A DNA stretch of 63,733 bases, filler included, from Octopus bimaculoides (lineage: Eukaryota), in assembly GCF_001194135.2 (NCBI RefSeq). It is 9 parts of 7 records of this genome, joined end to end, with 100 filler letters (N's around TTAATTAATTAA, not from the genome) between each part and the next. Parts side by side here need not be neighbours in the genome. Positions count along the whole stretch, not along the records: positions 1 to 14,608 come from NC_068991.1; positions 14,709 to 33,983 come from NC_068981.1; 7 more parts are not named here. One strand, given 5' to 3'. A program made the translations under genes and the position numbers. Below, in pieces: positions 11,905 to 24,210 of the stretch. Position 1 is the stretch's first letter; each line of letters begins with the position of its first letter. Under the pieces are notes generated by a model, which worked only from the letters and a program-made list of their open reading frames with translations, ran no database searches and was not told the DNA's origin.

Positions 11905-12830
11905 TAATTATTCATCAAAATATATCCCATCATATTCTATTGCTTGTTGCCATCATTATGCCAGAAGTTCAATTCCACGCTTATACTATTTAGAAATTTC
12001 AGAGGCAAAAATACCACCCTGCACCTATTTTCAGTTTCATCCACATTATTGAATTTCTGTCCATGCAGGAAATGAACCATGGCTTGAAAAAGGTAATCTG
12101 ATGATGCAAGGTCTGGACTGTAGGCAGGGTGAAGCAGCACTTCCAACTCCTCAAGTTTGCACTCGGTCACATTGGCACTGTGTGCTGAGGCATTGTCATG
12201 CTGTAGGAATGCACATCTTTGATTGACTGATGTCAAGTAGCAGGCTTGCAAAGCATCATATACTCACTGCAGTTGTTGAGTATAAAGGTTAGTGTTCACA
12301 GCATGACCATCTGGGACAAGCTCAAAGTACAACACCTCTTTGAAATTCCACCAAACACACAACATGACCTTCTGTTTAAACCGCCCCTGTTTGACAACAG
12401 GTTTTGAAGCCTGGCTCAAACAAAGCCACTGATTTCTCCTATTAGGATTATAAAAATGAATCCATTCTTTGTCCCCAGTTACAATTCAATGCCAAGAATG
12501 AATATCTCAAACATCTGTTCACAAGGCTGAGCTTGTGGAGGTATCAATTGATGGTGTTTTGTGAAGGACTAATTTCTGCCTATAATGTACAAATGCTTCT
12601 GTTTGGCTGTTGTTCAGCCATTTCAAGCAAGGCCTCATATTCTACAACAAAAGGTCCCCCTGAACTTGGTTTGTCTTCAAGGCTGGTGTCACCTTCCTTG
12701 AAACATTTGAACTAGATTTATGCCATATATTCAATGACAGTTCCTGGGCCTTCCACATCATTAATTTCTTTTGCTGCTACACTTGCACTCAGTCCTTTCT
12801 CCACAGGTAGCATAAAATGACTCTAATTGT
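11905..12830 (-). mobile_element. Degenerate mariner (DD34D-type) transposase remnant
   Basis: N-terminus YLWRKGLSASVAAKEINDVEGPGTV..FKEGDTSLEDKP; C-terminus LQHDNASAH..LLHPAYSPDLASSDYLF..LHGQKFNN. TIRs not confidently located. Confidence 0.85.
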
Positions 12831-13077
12831 GATTTTTTTATTACCCATTATCAAAGTTGTAAAATAAAGAATAAGTAATTAATGCTTATATGTTACATAG
12901 GAAAATAAAGAATAAACAATTAATAATATAATACAAGTTACCAAATCAGTGAAAATTCAAAAAACATTTTGACTTAACCTAGTATATGTGTGGACAGCTT
13001 TATATATATTTATAAGCAACAACACATATGATACTGAATTTAAAACATCTGTTTACACGGTATTTCGAACAGATGTC

Positions 13078-13465
13078 TTATTACCTCCGCCAAGGAAGGA
13101 AGTTATGTTTTCATTGACGTTGATTTGTCCGTCTGTCTGTCTGTGTGCAAAATAACTCAAAAAGTTGTGAACAGTATTTGATGAATCTTGCAGAAAAAGT
13201 TGGTAATGACACAAGGAATAGATGATGAAATTTTGGTAGTGATCCAGGAATTCTTATGGAGTCTTGAAGGATTTTTCATTTGTTATATTTACTTTACATG
13301 AAGTATTACAATGTTACGTTCTTTGATTATCTCCCTTGAAAACACGTTCATCGTTTCCACGTAACCTATGGTGACGTTGCTGTTTCCAAACTTAATTTTC
13401 GTTTCTCTATTAGTAATTTTATTCGCGTATCTATCTTAAAAATGAGCTGCTTGGTGGAGGTCTGC
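13078..13465 (+). mobile_element. Non-autonomous Helentron-associated (HINE/DINE-1-like) element
   Basis: Subterminal inverted repeats ACCTCCGCCAAG (13083-13094) and CTTGGTGGAGGT (13450-13461; 11/12 match), with a (GTCT)n tract near the 5' end. The 3' end is cut by a CR1 fragment. Confidence 0.65.
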
Positions 13466-13930
13466 GGAGGATGACATGACAAGCCTTGACTATTGGGATC
13501 GACTAAAAAAACTCATTCTTTGCTCCCTCCACCGCCGCTGTGAGTTCTATATCATCTGTATGATGTGGAAAACAATCCATCAACATCTTTAAAATTCATG
13601 CGAGGCCATCTGTTCACTGCAGAAATGTTTGTGTCGTATCACAACACTATGACAGAACTATTTCACCTCAATTGGCCCTGCTCTCTTCAACATCGTATCA
13701 GACACACATAAAGGAGGAAAGTGACTTCACGGCATTCAAATGATCCTTAAATGATTACCCACAACAAATACCAGATAAACCACCCACACCCAGATATGTC
13801 TCTGAAAACAATAACCCTCTGCTTGAATGGGCTACAGTTCCCCAGAGTTGACTGTGTATCTCTTCCAGGTGGTGCTATTAAATTAGACATGGCTGAGTCA
13901 ACTTCAGCTGAAACTTATCTAAGTAATCTA
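13466..13930 (+). mobile_element. CR1/L2-group LINE 3' fragment
   Basis: LDYWDRLKKLILCSLHRR..FYIICMMWK, IGPALFNIV and QQIPDKPPTPRYVSENNNPLLEW resemble CR1-group C-termini. Confidence 0.7.
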
Positions 13931-14317
13931 ATCGATGCTGTAACCTTTTAATTAAAGCATGACAATGTGGGTAGAGGCTAATATCTTAATATTTCTGATG
14001 GTCTTAGGTATAAAAAAAAATTATTAAAGATTTATTTAGAACTACATTCAGAGTATGTCTATAAGCTATTATGTTTAGACCTGGTTTCTATCCTCAAACT
14101 GTTCTGTTTTGTAGATGCAATTTTTTTGTCTGTTTTTAGGTATTGTATACTTTTCTCTTTTCCTTGCTCTCTTAATCCTTTTTCTTGTTTTTAGTATCAC
14201 TTTATAACACTTGATATCACTTGAAACATTAGATTTTCTTCTGTTTCTTCCTTTGGCATATTTATCTTCATTGTGCACTATTTTTTTTTTTTTCTATTTC
14301 TACACTTTTTCTGCTAC

Positions 14318-14608
14318 AGGCTCTGTTCAAGATGATGGAAATCTTGATACGGAAATACACCTGCGAATTCAAAGGGCAGCAAAAGCATTTGGTGGCTTGG
14401 AGTCACGCGTCTGGCGCCAGCGACATATAAATAACAATACAAAGCTGGCTCTTTACAAATCATTTGTCTTAACATCCCTATTGTATTCCTGTGAAACTTG
14501 GACCTGTTATGAAAGGCATTTTAAAATGTTAGAAAAGTTCCACCAAAAATGCCTTCGTCATATTTTAAGAATTAAATGGAATTCTTTTACTCCAAACACA
14601 GATATCCT
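14318..14608 (+). mobile_element. RTE LINE fragment (post-RT region)
   Basis: GSVQDDGNLDTEIHLRIQRAAKAFGGL..RVW..TKLALYKSFVLTSLLYSCETWT..LEKFHQKCLRHILRIKW. Confidence 0.9.
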
Positions 14609-14708
14609 NNNNNNNNNNNNNNNNNNNNNNNNNNNNNNNNNNNNNNNNNNNNTTAATTAATTAANNNNNNNNNNNNNNNNNNNNNNNNNNNNNNNNNNNN
14701 NNNNNNNN

Positions 14709-14990
14709 GCTGGACTGGATCTTGTGCGGGTGGCACATAAAATACACCATTTTGAGCGTGGCCGTTGCCAGTACCGCCTGACTGGCCTTCGTGCCGGTGG
14801 CACGTAAAAGCACCCACTACACTCTCTGAGTGGTTAGCGTTAGGAAGGGCATCCAGCTGTAGAAACTCTGCCAAATCAGATTGGAGCCTGGTATAGCCAT
14901 CCGGTTTCACCAGTCCTCAGTCAAATCGTCCAACCCATGCTAGCATGGAAAGCGGACGTTAAACGACGACGATGATGATGATGATGACGT
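14709..14990 (+). mobile_element. SINE-like element with ~60-bp internal repeat modules and (GAT)n tail
   Basis: Two GGTGGCAC.TAAAA.CACC modules, then GGCGTTAGGAAGGGCATCCAGCTGTAGAAA-like and CCAACCCATGCTAGCATGGAAAGCGGACGTTAAACGACGACGATGATG segments. Related copies at 7405, 27750 and 62550. Confidence 0.75.
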
Positions 14991-15274
14991 CCAGGAACAT
15001 TCAGAGAAGATGCACAAATCTACCGCGGCATATCATTCACTTTTAGTTGATGTAGAATCCAGTTTTGTTGATGTAAGTTGATTCCTTATTCTGAACAAAC
15101 AAACCAACGGAATGAACAGCTATACAACAAATTTGACAATAGCGAGTAGTTACATTTTTCAAGGGGAATAACTCTTTGACAGTATGTCACAGTTTTTCCC
15201 CTTGAATTGCTATACTTTCGACGACGAACTGTGAATGAGGCGGAGGTTACGGCCAACTAAAGTAAGATGTACAA

Positions 15275-15425
15275 ATAGTATTAATGATTTCTAATTTAGG
15301 AATGAGGCCAGCAATTTTGAAGGGAGGCGGTGAGACGATTTCATCGACCTTAGTACTACACGGTAATCCCAAAAGAGGAAAAGCAGAGTTGATCTCCGTT
15401 GGATTTCAACTCAAAATGTAAATAG
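15275..15425 (-). mobile_element. Degenerate tRNA-related SINE fragment
   Basis: Similar to the family at 27225, 58185 and 59715 (GAGTT.AAATCC..CGGAG..CAACT..GCTTT..TC.TTT.GGG..GTCGAT.AAATCG). Confidence 0.55.
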
Positions 15426-15859
15426 CTGCATAAAATGTCGTAAGGCCCTTAATGGAGACGCTTTTACGATTCTGCTAATACTGGGACTTAGGGAAAAGTA
15501 ATGACAGAAATAACGAAAGGGAATCATAGAGGGAGGAAAAGGTGGAAGATGTGANNNNNNNNNNNNNNNNNNNNNNNNNNNNNNNNNNNNNNNNNNNNNN
15601 NNNNNNNNNNNNNNNNNNNNNNNNNNNNNNNNNNNNNNNNNNNNNNNNNNNNNNNNNNNNNNNNNNNNNNNNNNNNNNNNNNNNNNNNNNNNNNNNNNNN
15701 NNNNNNNNNNNNNNNNNNNNNNNNNNNNNNNNNNNNNNNNNNNNNNNNNNNNNNNNNNNNNNNNNNNNNNNNNNNNNNNNNNNNNNNNNNNNNNNNNNNN
15801 NNNNNNNNNNNNNNNNNNNNNNNNNNNNNNNNNNNNNNNNNNNNNNNNNNNNNNNNNNN

Positions 15860-16135
15860 GCCACCATTGCGATGGCAGCATGAACGAGCAGAGAAACACA
15901 AAACGATACAAAATCCGGTGCTTGTGCACCATCGCCTCAATGCTCAAGAGATCAGCTTTTCTCAAGACCTGTGTGTCTGGAGTTTTTAAGGTCCAGCCTA
16001 CATTCAGAATGTCTCTTAGACATCTCAGATGGAAGCGTTCAAGGACTTTTACATGATGTTTGTAAAGGGTCCATGTTTCACATGAGTAAAGAATCGTTGT
16101 CAGTACACATGCACGGTACACAGCAATGTTTGTTT
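15860..16135 (-). mobile_element. RTE LINE fragment
   Basis: YRACVLTTILYSCETWTLYKHHVKVLERFHLRCLRDILNVGW..PDTQVLRKADLLSIEAM. Confidence 0.9.
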
Positions 16136-16230
16136 ACCTTGTGATGCCATGCTGGGACCAGACACGCGACTGAAGGGACCGGAAGGAATCCGTTGCTGTC
16201 TGCATCCTGAAAGATATTTCATCATCCACG

Positions 16231-16492
16231 TATAGCTTTGTTAAGCTATACGTAAACAAACAAGTGGAGACGAGTAAGCATTTACTAAAGGTTTATTACT
16301 TTAGGTACAATAGGGCGCAAGTCGTCAGTTGTTTTTGTATAGTTCCCTCAGATTCGTTTCACGCACCCTGCTGTTATTCTTCTGTCATCGTTCTTCGCCC
16401 GGAAGTCCTTTTTTTTCCTGCTGACCAATTTTCTAGCTTGCCCGCAGCGAAGTATCTGCTTACAGTTTGTCTGCCACGAATCCTACTCTACA
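16231..16492 (-). repeat. 3' LTR (262 bp)
   Basis: Starts TGTAGAG and ends GCTATA on the minus strand. Preceded by the purine tract GGATGGGGGAGC (PPT, ~16495-16506). Confidence 0.95.
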
Positions 16493-16699
16493 TAGCTCCC
16501 CCATCCAGAACTGTAGACTGTCACTGGAAACGGGATGGCGTTTTAGTTGTCCTGCCCTTGCGTGTGGTTACATGATTCTTTGGTGACCGTTGCTTGTCAA
16601 GAGTTCGTGTGATCTGTCTAGGACGGCACCCGTTTGGTGGTTGGGCTACCTAGACGGGGCTGTCAATATTAAGATGTGCCGATTTCAATCTACCAATGG

Positions 16700-17640
16700 A
16701 GACTGTATCTTGTCGTCCACCAATTAGGAGTTGGAATGTTTTATCCCCTAGATGTATGACTTGATATGGACCGTCGTAGGGTGACTGGAGAGGTCTTCAT
16801 CGTGTGTCACGTCGAACGAACACAAAGTTAGCTGTGCAGAGGTCATTTGGTACGGATGATCTGGATGTACCGTGTGTCGACATGGGAATAGAGCGCAACT
16901 GGCCCACGCTGTCTCTTAGTCGAGCGAGGTACCTTTTGACATCCGAGTCTGAATTCGTATTCGGAAGGAACTCTCCTGGCACTATAAGGGGAGCACCGTA
17001 CACCATTTCCGCGGAGGAAGTGTTGAGATTTTCTTTTGGGGCAGTGCAGATTCCCAGCATTACCCATGGTAGTTGGTCGATCCAATCTGGCCCGTTAAGT
17101 CTGGTTGTCAGGGATTCATTCAAGTGGCAGTGAAATCTCTCCACTAATCCGTTGACCTGTGGGTGGTAGGCTGTTGTGCGGTTCATTGTGATTCCGAAAA
17201 GGTCACACATGTTATTCCACAACTTTGAGGTGAATTGTAAACCCCGATCGGATAAGATGCTATCTGGGACACCGAAACGGGCGACCCAGTTTGCGATGAA
17301 AGCTCGGCTGACTTCTTGTGTTTCTGTACAGCGGAAAGGGATAGCTTCAGGCCAACGGGTGTAGCGGTCGACCAAAGTCAGTAAGTACGAGCAACCCTGT
17401 GAAGGTGGTAGGCCGACAAGGTCGATGTTGATATGACTAAATCGGGCCTGAGGTGGTTCATAGTTGCCGAGGGGTGCTTTGGTGTGTTGATGGACCTTGG
17501 CTTGTTGACAGGGGATGCAGGACCTGGTCCAGTCCCCAATTTGCTTGGCCATACCGTGCCAGATAAACTGGCTTGACAGCAGCCGCCGTGTGGCTTTAGT
17601 ACCGGGGTGGGAGAGACCATGAATGATGTCGAAAGCTTTC
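16700..17640 (-). pseudogene. Gypsy integrase (HHCC, DDE core, GPY motif)
   Basis: HGLSHPG..CIPCQQAK, HINIDLVG, LLTLVDRYTRWPEAIP, WVARFGVPDSILSDRG, TTAYHPQVNGLVERFH, PYDGPY. ORF 16797-17552 is open; stop codon before the GPY motif. Confidence 0.92.
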
Positions 17641-17899
17641 TTGCGCCAGGCTGATTGGACGATTGGTCATGGCTTGCCAGTGGCTATGCCGTTAGAGCCA
17701 AAATGTACAGCCTGCAAAGAAAGTGACGTGATGGCAGTGCGGTGGGCTTTGATCTCGTCATCTGTCTGTTGGGTTGCAGCCATAGCTTCGTAATCCAAGT
17801 CTTCCGTTATTGGTGCTAGGTAGGTGTGAGAGCGGGTAGGAGCACGAGAGAGTGCGTCGGCAACTGGGTTGCCCTTGCCAGCTATGTCTGTGGTGTACT

Positions 17900-19085
17900 C
17901 AGTAATTGCCGATAGCTGTCGTTGTTGGCGTGCAGATCAAGGCTCCGAGAGCTTGCTCATAGCAAGGGGGAGTGGTTTGTGGTCTGTGAACACTGTAAAC
18001 GTGCGGCCTTCAAGGAAATACCGAAAGTGGCGGACACCTAGATGGACAGCCAGTAGTTCCCTGTCAAAAACTGTATTTCTGTTCAAGAGGTCGTAGTTGG
18101 CGGCTGAAGAAGGCGATTGGTCGCCACTGACTGTTGATGTATTGTTCTAAAACGTCCCCAATAGCTGTGTCGGATACGTCAACTGTGAACGCAGTGCGAG
18201 CTGACATATGAGGATGGGGCACCATCGTTGCTTGGACCAGGGCTTGTTTTGTGGATTCGAAGGCTGAAGTCATTGTACTATCCCACACCACCTGTCTTTT
18301 TGCACCCTCTTTTGACAGTGCCTTGTATAGGGGTCTCATCGCTTTTGCTGCAGAAGGGATGAAGCGATGGTAAAAGTTTACCAAGCCCAGAAATTGATGT
18401 GGAGCCTTGCTTGTGGTGGGGCGTGGCCAGGATAGGATAGCTTTTACTTTACCTGGCAAGGGTGTAGCGCCGGCACTTGTGATTCGATGTCTCAAGAAGT
18501 CGATTTCTGTGGCACCAAAAACGCACTTGGCAGGGTTGATTACTAAACCATTTTGTTCCAGCCTCTCAAAAATAGTCACTAGCTGCTTCTTATGTAGCTC
18601 TGCGTTTGGGTTTGCAATGAGGATGTCATCTAAGCATGGAAAGACAAAATCGAGACCTCTGCACAGTGTCCATCAAGCGTTGGAAGGATTGTGCCGCGTT
18701 TTCAGCCGAAAGGGTGTACGTAACCTTGGAGAAAACTGAGCATCCGACTAGCTGGGCTGAAACATCTTGTATATTTGGAATGAGGAAGCGGTCGGGTGTC
18801 GTATCCGCGTTGTGACGACGGTAATCTCCGCAGGGTCGATAACCTCCGTTGGATTTGGGGGCCACGTGCAGGGGGGATGACCAGGGACTGCTTGATCAGC
18901 GAACAATACCCTAGGCCTCCATATTGCCGAATTCGGCATTTGCGATTGCAAGTTTCTCTGGTGATAGACGACATGTGCAGCTGTGCACTGGGGGGGGGGA
19001 TGGTGGTGGAGATGTGGTGTGTCACCTCGTGGCGGTCTGTAGGTTTGGAGAATGTCGGAGTGGTGAGATTGAGGCGACTAACAAG
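17900..19085 (-). pseudogene. Gypsy RT/RNase H remnant with internal deletion
   Basis: SSPWSSPLH.APK..GGYRPCGDYRR.NA.TTPDR..IP, AAQSFQRLMD, GLVINPAKCVFG..IDFL, QFLGLVNFYHRFIP, TVDVSDTAIG.VLEQ..WRPIAFFSRQL..EQKYS. The segment after FSK (IDL..AY..TA..TPFG) is missing. Confidence 0.9.
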
Positions 19086-19211
19086 NNNNNNNNNNNNNNN
19101 NNNNNNNNNNNNNNNNNNNNNNNNNNNNNNNNNNNNNNNNNNNNNNNNNNNNNNNNNNNNNNNNNNNNCCCCGCAAATCCACCAGTCGCAAATGTGCTCG
19201 AAGAAAGGTGT

Positions 19212-19895
19212 TCAACGATGTCCGGCCCTGGAGTTTCCCTGGTTCGCTGGTGAAGGGATCCTGAAGCTACATGTTTGTTTACATTTTATCGCCTTTTTAC
19301 CAAACTTTGCATGGTAGAAGCATAGGTCATCACGCTTAACCTTACCCCGTCTCGAAGCCGACCCTATGGCGTTGGCCAGGACACCACTGGATAAAAAATG
19401 CCTGTCAACTGCTTTTGCTAATTGCCGCAGGTCCTTGATTTCGGTTTGAATTATGAGGGCCTGGACCTGGGGTGGCAGCTTGCGGAGGAATATTTCTTTA
19501 AACAAAAAAAAGGAAGGTGACTCACCGGGGGGAGGGTACTAATGCCAACATCCTGTCCATCAGTTCTGACGGCTTGGAATCGCCTAATTCCTCCACCAGT
19601 ATCCTGACTGCCACTTCTCTTTCACTGCGTCGGAATGTATCCACTAGTGTATCTTTCAATATGGCGTATTTGTTCGTTGGTGGGCGATGAGTTAAAATGT
19701 TCAGCACCTTCGTTGCCGTGCCTTCGTCTAGTGCCCCCACAACGTGCGAGTACTTCGTTTGGTCGGCCGTTATCTTGTTTATATCGAATTGAGCTTCCGC
19801 CTGCACGAACCACAACTCAGCCCTCTTAGACCAGAACTGTGGCAACCTCAGTGGTGTTTTGTAGGATTAAGCATGATGACCTGTGCTTCTACCAT
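19212..19895 (-). pseudogene. Gypsy gag remnant
   Basis: PQFWSKRAELWFVQAEAQF..ITADQTKYSHVV.AL..LGDSKPSELMDRML, FLRKLPPQVQ, CFYHAKFGKKAIKCKQTC (C-x2-H-x9-C-x3-C). Frameshifts near 19850 and ~19505. Confidence 0.9.
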
Positions 19896-19927
19896 GTTTG
19901 TTTCGGTAGCGGGAGTTGTTGTTCGAT

Positions 19928-19941
19928 CGTCGGGGTCACCA
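19928..19941 (-). promoter_or_regulatory. Primer-binding site complementary to tRNA-Trp 3' end
   Basis: TGGTGACCCCGACG, 2 nt after the 5' LTR, matches the first 14 nt of the known tRNA-Trp PBS (TGGTGACCCCGACGTGAT). Confidence 0.9.
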
Positions 19942-19943
19942 GT

Positions 19944-20214
19944 TATAGCTTTGACAAGCTATACGTAAACAAACAAGTGGAGACGAGTAAGCATTTACTA
20001 AAGGTTTATTACTTTAGGTACAATAGGGCGCAAGTCGTCAGTTTTTTTTTTTTTTTTTGTATAGTTCCCTCAGATTCGTTTCACGCACCCTGCTGTTACT
20101 CTTCTGTTATCCTTCTCCACCCGGAATTCCTTTTATTTCCTGCTGACCAACTTTCTAGCTTGCCCGCAGCGAAGTATCTGCTTACAGTTTGTCTGCCGCG
20201 AATCCTACTCTACA
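19944..20214 (-). repeat. 5' LTR (271 bp)
   Basis: Homologous to 16231-16492, with a longer poly(A/T) run. Confidence 0.95.
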
Positions 20215-20779
20215 CACGGAGCAAGAACGGCTGAGTGTGCTGCTATATATGTATATATGTACGTATACATCTAGGTATTGATCTTACCTGTACCTACCTG
20301 ATATGTAGGTATGTATGTATGTATGTATGTATGTTTGTGTGTGTGTGTGATTTTTTTTATATGCAGATACAGACATGTATATTAATATGAATGTGTGTAT
20401 CTGTGTATGTATGTATGTATGTATGTATGTATGTTCGCATACATATATATATGCTATTTATTGTACGTGTGTATTTACATGTATATGTGTGTGCCCTTTC
20501 TTTTTGCTTATATATGGGTATATATTGTACAGTTTTTCTAGGTGTACCTTAATCGTATATCTACACGAATTCCGCAACTACATTTTACTTTAATTGTAAT
20601 ATTAATTAAATTCAAATTACGATAAACGTAAACAAACAAACGAAGTTTGCTTTTAGAAGCGTTTAGATGTCTTAGAAAGTTAAAGAAGTGATTTTAAATT
20701 CTCAATCGGAGGATAATGCTAATAATATAGCTTGAACAGGATAATCTACCCCTATTTTGCAGAAAAAAGTGTTGGCGGC

Positions 20780-21180
20780 CAGTACGACCACAAACCCGAA
20801 GGCGTCATCAAAAATGATAATGCAAAGATCCTGTGGGATTTTATGATACCATGAGATTTTATGATACCATGAGATAGAGAATAGGAAGCCAGACAGTATT
20901 AATTGAGAAAGAAAACAAACTATGCTGGATCATAGATATAGCATTCCCAGCTGACAACAAGGTATGTGATAAGGAAGAAAGAAAAGTCGATAGGTGCTGC
21001 AATAAGATTACTGCAATGAGGATGGTGCTCTTGCAGAAAACAGCACTGCTTGGAACCGCTCGAATACTCCGGAAGGTGCTCGAAAAATAAGAGGTGTTAC
21101 CTTAGTTCACTGGTAGTGAAGAGCTGACACCGTAGTATATCTCCATCATTAGAAGCTGTGCAAAGGCAATGATAATGATA
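20780..21180 (+). mobile_element. R4/Dong-clade non-LTR retrotransposon 3' fragment (restriction-like endonuclease)
   Basis: DHKPEGVIKNDNAKILWDFM..RKPD.VLIEKENKLCWIIDIAFPADNKV.DKEE.K..LQKTALLGTARILRKVLEK*, then a short 3' UTR ending in TGATAATGATA. Confidence 0.88.
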
Positions 21181-22539
21181 CACACACATACAGACACACA
21201 TATATATAACAAGATTCTTTACTGTGTGGCATATTTTGTGAGCTTATCAGTAGGTAGTAATAAAAATTAGAAAGAGATAAGCTGTTATGACTGGATTTGG
21301 TTGCTGCAGATACATGGGAAGTCTTGATAAGATTGTTGATTGTCTTTAGCTTCAGATTAAGCTGATCTTTTGATAAGAAACATTCCTCCCGTGACTATCC
21401 CATAGTTTTGCTTGTGTACGTAGTAGCCAGCATAACATTTTCTGATGTGTTAACTTTAGGTTGGCTGAGTTTGATATGAGGGAACTTTCTCAGCTACTTC
21501 TTGTAGGTAAAGCCTTCTTTTTGAACTTTCTTTAATTTTTTTTCTGAATTCTTGAAACAGGTGATGGAGCTACAGACCAACCAGTTGCTATCTGACTCAC
21601 AGACTTCTACACTTTTTACCAAATTTCAATCTGAGGTCGCTTCGCATGCTCTTCCTTGTCATTTTTATTTGGCATCTGAAGATGAAATAGAACATGACTG
21701 TCAACAGAAATGCTTATACAGACATGATTTTTTGAGTTTTCTAGTGATAAACATTACATTTTGGAAAATCCTATTTACTAAAGATAATAATGTGAAGGTA
21801 TCACTAAAGTTTCTCTGGTTACTGTACATGCATGTATGAAGTTGAGTTATCCGCATGAATGATATTAATGTATTCTTTACAGATATTGATTTACAATTTT
21901 ACACATACATGTGTATCTTTCACATGCACAGGAAATACTCAACCCCTGTTCAAGCATAGTTATGATAATACAGTCTGTCTACCACCACTTGGGTTCTGTT
22001 TTGGTCAGGAAAGCACAGAGGAAAGTAGTTTTGTTGGCTGAGAAATATTATTGATGCTTTTAAGAAATTGACTTACTTTTTGTCTCCCAGTATTTGTTGT
22101 GCGTACATCATTCAAACCGCGACAGACTCGGAAAAGGTAGGAGAATTATTATTTTTGTAGTTTAGTAATATGTCTGTCTTGAGGAAGTAGATCTATGATA
22201 CAAGATATTCTAACCTTGAACATCACCCTTTCTATTGACATGCAGTATCCACCAATGTATTTCCTTTCTAAGAATTCAAGGAATGATNNNNNNNNNNNNN
22301 NNNNNNNNNNNNNNNNNNNNNNNNNNNNNNNNNNNNNNNNNNNNNNNNNNNNNNNNNNNNNNNNNNNNNNNNNNNNNNNNNNNNNNNNNNNNNNNNNNNN
22401 NNNNNNNNNNNNNNNNNNNNNNNNNNNNNNNNNNNNNNNNNNNNNNNNNNNNNNNNNNNNNNNNNNNNNNNNNNNNNNNNNNNNNNNNNNNNNNNATCTT
22501 ATTTTATTTTTCTCACTGATTTAGGAACTCCTATAAATG

Positions 22540-23250
22540 GTGTTGCCATACGTTTCCTGTTTGTTGTTATTTTTGTGGTTTCACACATTTTCCTCCAGAA
22601 GAAGTTTATGTCTTCTCATGAAGAAGTTCCTGTGATGTTCACTGCTCCTCCTCTCATGTCTTTGTCTACTGCTGCCAGGTCCTCGATAAATTTTTCGTTT
22701 ACTGTTTTTCTCTTGGTTATTCTCTTCTGATTTTGGGGTTTCTCACTGACAGATTTTAGCTCCTGCTTGAGGGCGAGCAGTTCGTAATTGAGTATTATCT
22801 TTTTGTTATCTACAAACATCACTTCTATCTCCTTCTTCAGTTTTCATTGGTGAGCTTTTAATACCGTGTCTGGTAGTCTTTTGCTTACTTTCATGTAGAA
22901 TACTCTCTCTTCGAGAGAGCGCTTCGAATTCACAGTTATTTTTTTCTTGGAAAATCTTAGCAAGAGCATACTTCACCGCTATATAACACTGACTACTATT
23001 ACAACTACTACAATAATAGTTGCGATTTTGCCTGCTATTTACCATAGTCGTAGTAGAGGGACAATGGTCAGTTATTTTAGCTTGTAATGTAGTCTGGCTG
23101 ATGGATGGTATAGTATCTGTTGGAATGTTGTTAACTGCGAAACCACGTAGGATTCCAACACCGTCCACGTTTTCGTTTATATTGTTTGAGAGAAGGTTAA
23201 TTTCAGATCTTTTTCCAAAATATCTCCTTCATTGAAAATAATACTGAAAC
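22540..23250 (-). mobile_element. Probable R4/Dong-clade ORF N-terminal (pre-RT) remnant
   Basis: ELLALKQELKSVSEK..KRITKRKTVNEKFIED..EDINFFWRKM resembles the 'LKQ..N..F..FW..IW' pre-RT block of R4 elements. Degenerate. Confidence 0.5.
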
Positions 23251-23764
23251 TCTGTATTTTAAACAATAGTCTTGATTATTCCATAATATAAGTTTTTACA
23301 AAAGAAAGACAAAGAAAAGAAAAAATATAAAGGGAAGAAAAAGAACGAGAAACATCAATGCAGCTCCAATTATTTCAGTTCGTTGCATACCACAAGGCTC
23401 AACGGAACCTACTAAAGCAAGACAACACTTCGCAGCATAACCACGGTCGATGGCGAGGGTAAGGGGTTTGAAAAACCAAGCGCCCACACAGGCATCACCT
23501 AACAGAATGTCCTAGCTGATGAGACGACCTGTTGACTTCACTGCTGATCAACTGAATTTCTTTGTCTGTCTTCACAATCACACGAAGAAAAACAACATCC
23601 TAACTCTCCACAGTTTCGTCGTTCGTCCTAACGATATCTTTCCTTGTAAAACGAAGAAAATAAATACCTCCTTAACTGAATATCCCTCGACCAGGTTTAC
23701 GTCTTTATCACTAATCCATCTTCGTTACATATATGTTTCTCTCTCTTCTGTTTTTAATCATTAA

Positions 23765-24156
23765 GTCCCAGGGTACTAAAATTTCAGAATATTACTTTAA
23801 AATTTTCAAAGATGATGGAAAAAAAAAGGGTAAAATGAAAAAAATCAATTATCAAAACTGCTTTACTCAAAGTAAAAATGGAAATATACAGGTGTCCTAT
23901 AAACAGGACCCATGGGCAATGTGATATTCTTTTATTCTTTTATTTGTTTCAGTCATTTAACTGCGGCCATGCTGGAGCACCACCTTTAGTAGAAAAAATC
24001 GATCCCAGGACTTATTCTTTGTAAGCCTAGTACTTATTCTATCGGTCGTCTTTTGCCAAACCGCTAGGCGATGGGGATGGAAACACACCAGCATCTGTTG
24101 TCAAGCGATGGTGGGGGACAGACACAGACACACAAACACATACACACACATACACT

Positions 24157-24210
<54 letters not shown>

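Larger units (their letters stand above)
16231..20214 (-). mobile_element. Full-length, internally decayed Ty3/Gypsy LTR retrotransposon, CsRN1/Kabuki-like
   Basis: Two ~95%-identical LTRs and a 4-bp TSD CACG (16227-16230 and 20215-20218). tRNA-Trp-type PBS, PPT, and gag-RT-RNaseH-IN order on the minus strand. Gag carries the CHCC knuckle typical of this clade. Confidence 0.95.

Noticed and set aside
21552-21839. ORF or exon after the acceptor at 21560
   Set aside because: Splicing from the 21506 donor would need a 54-nt intron, and the peptide resembles nothing I recognise.
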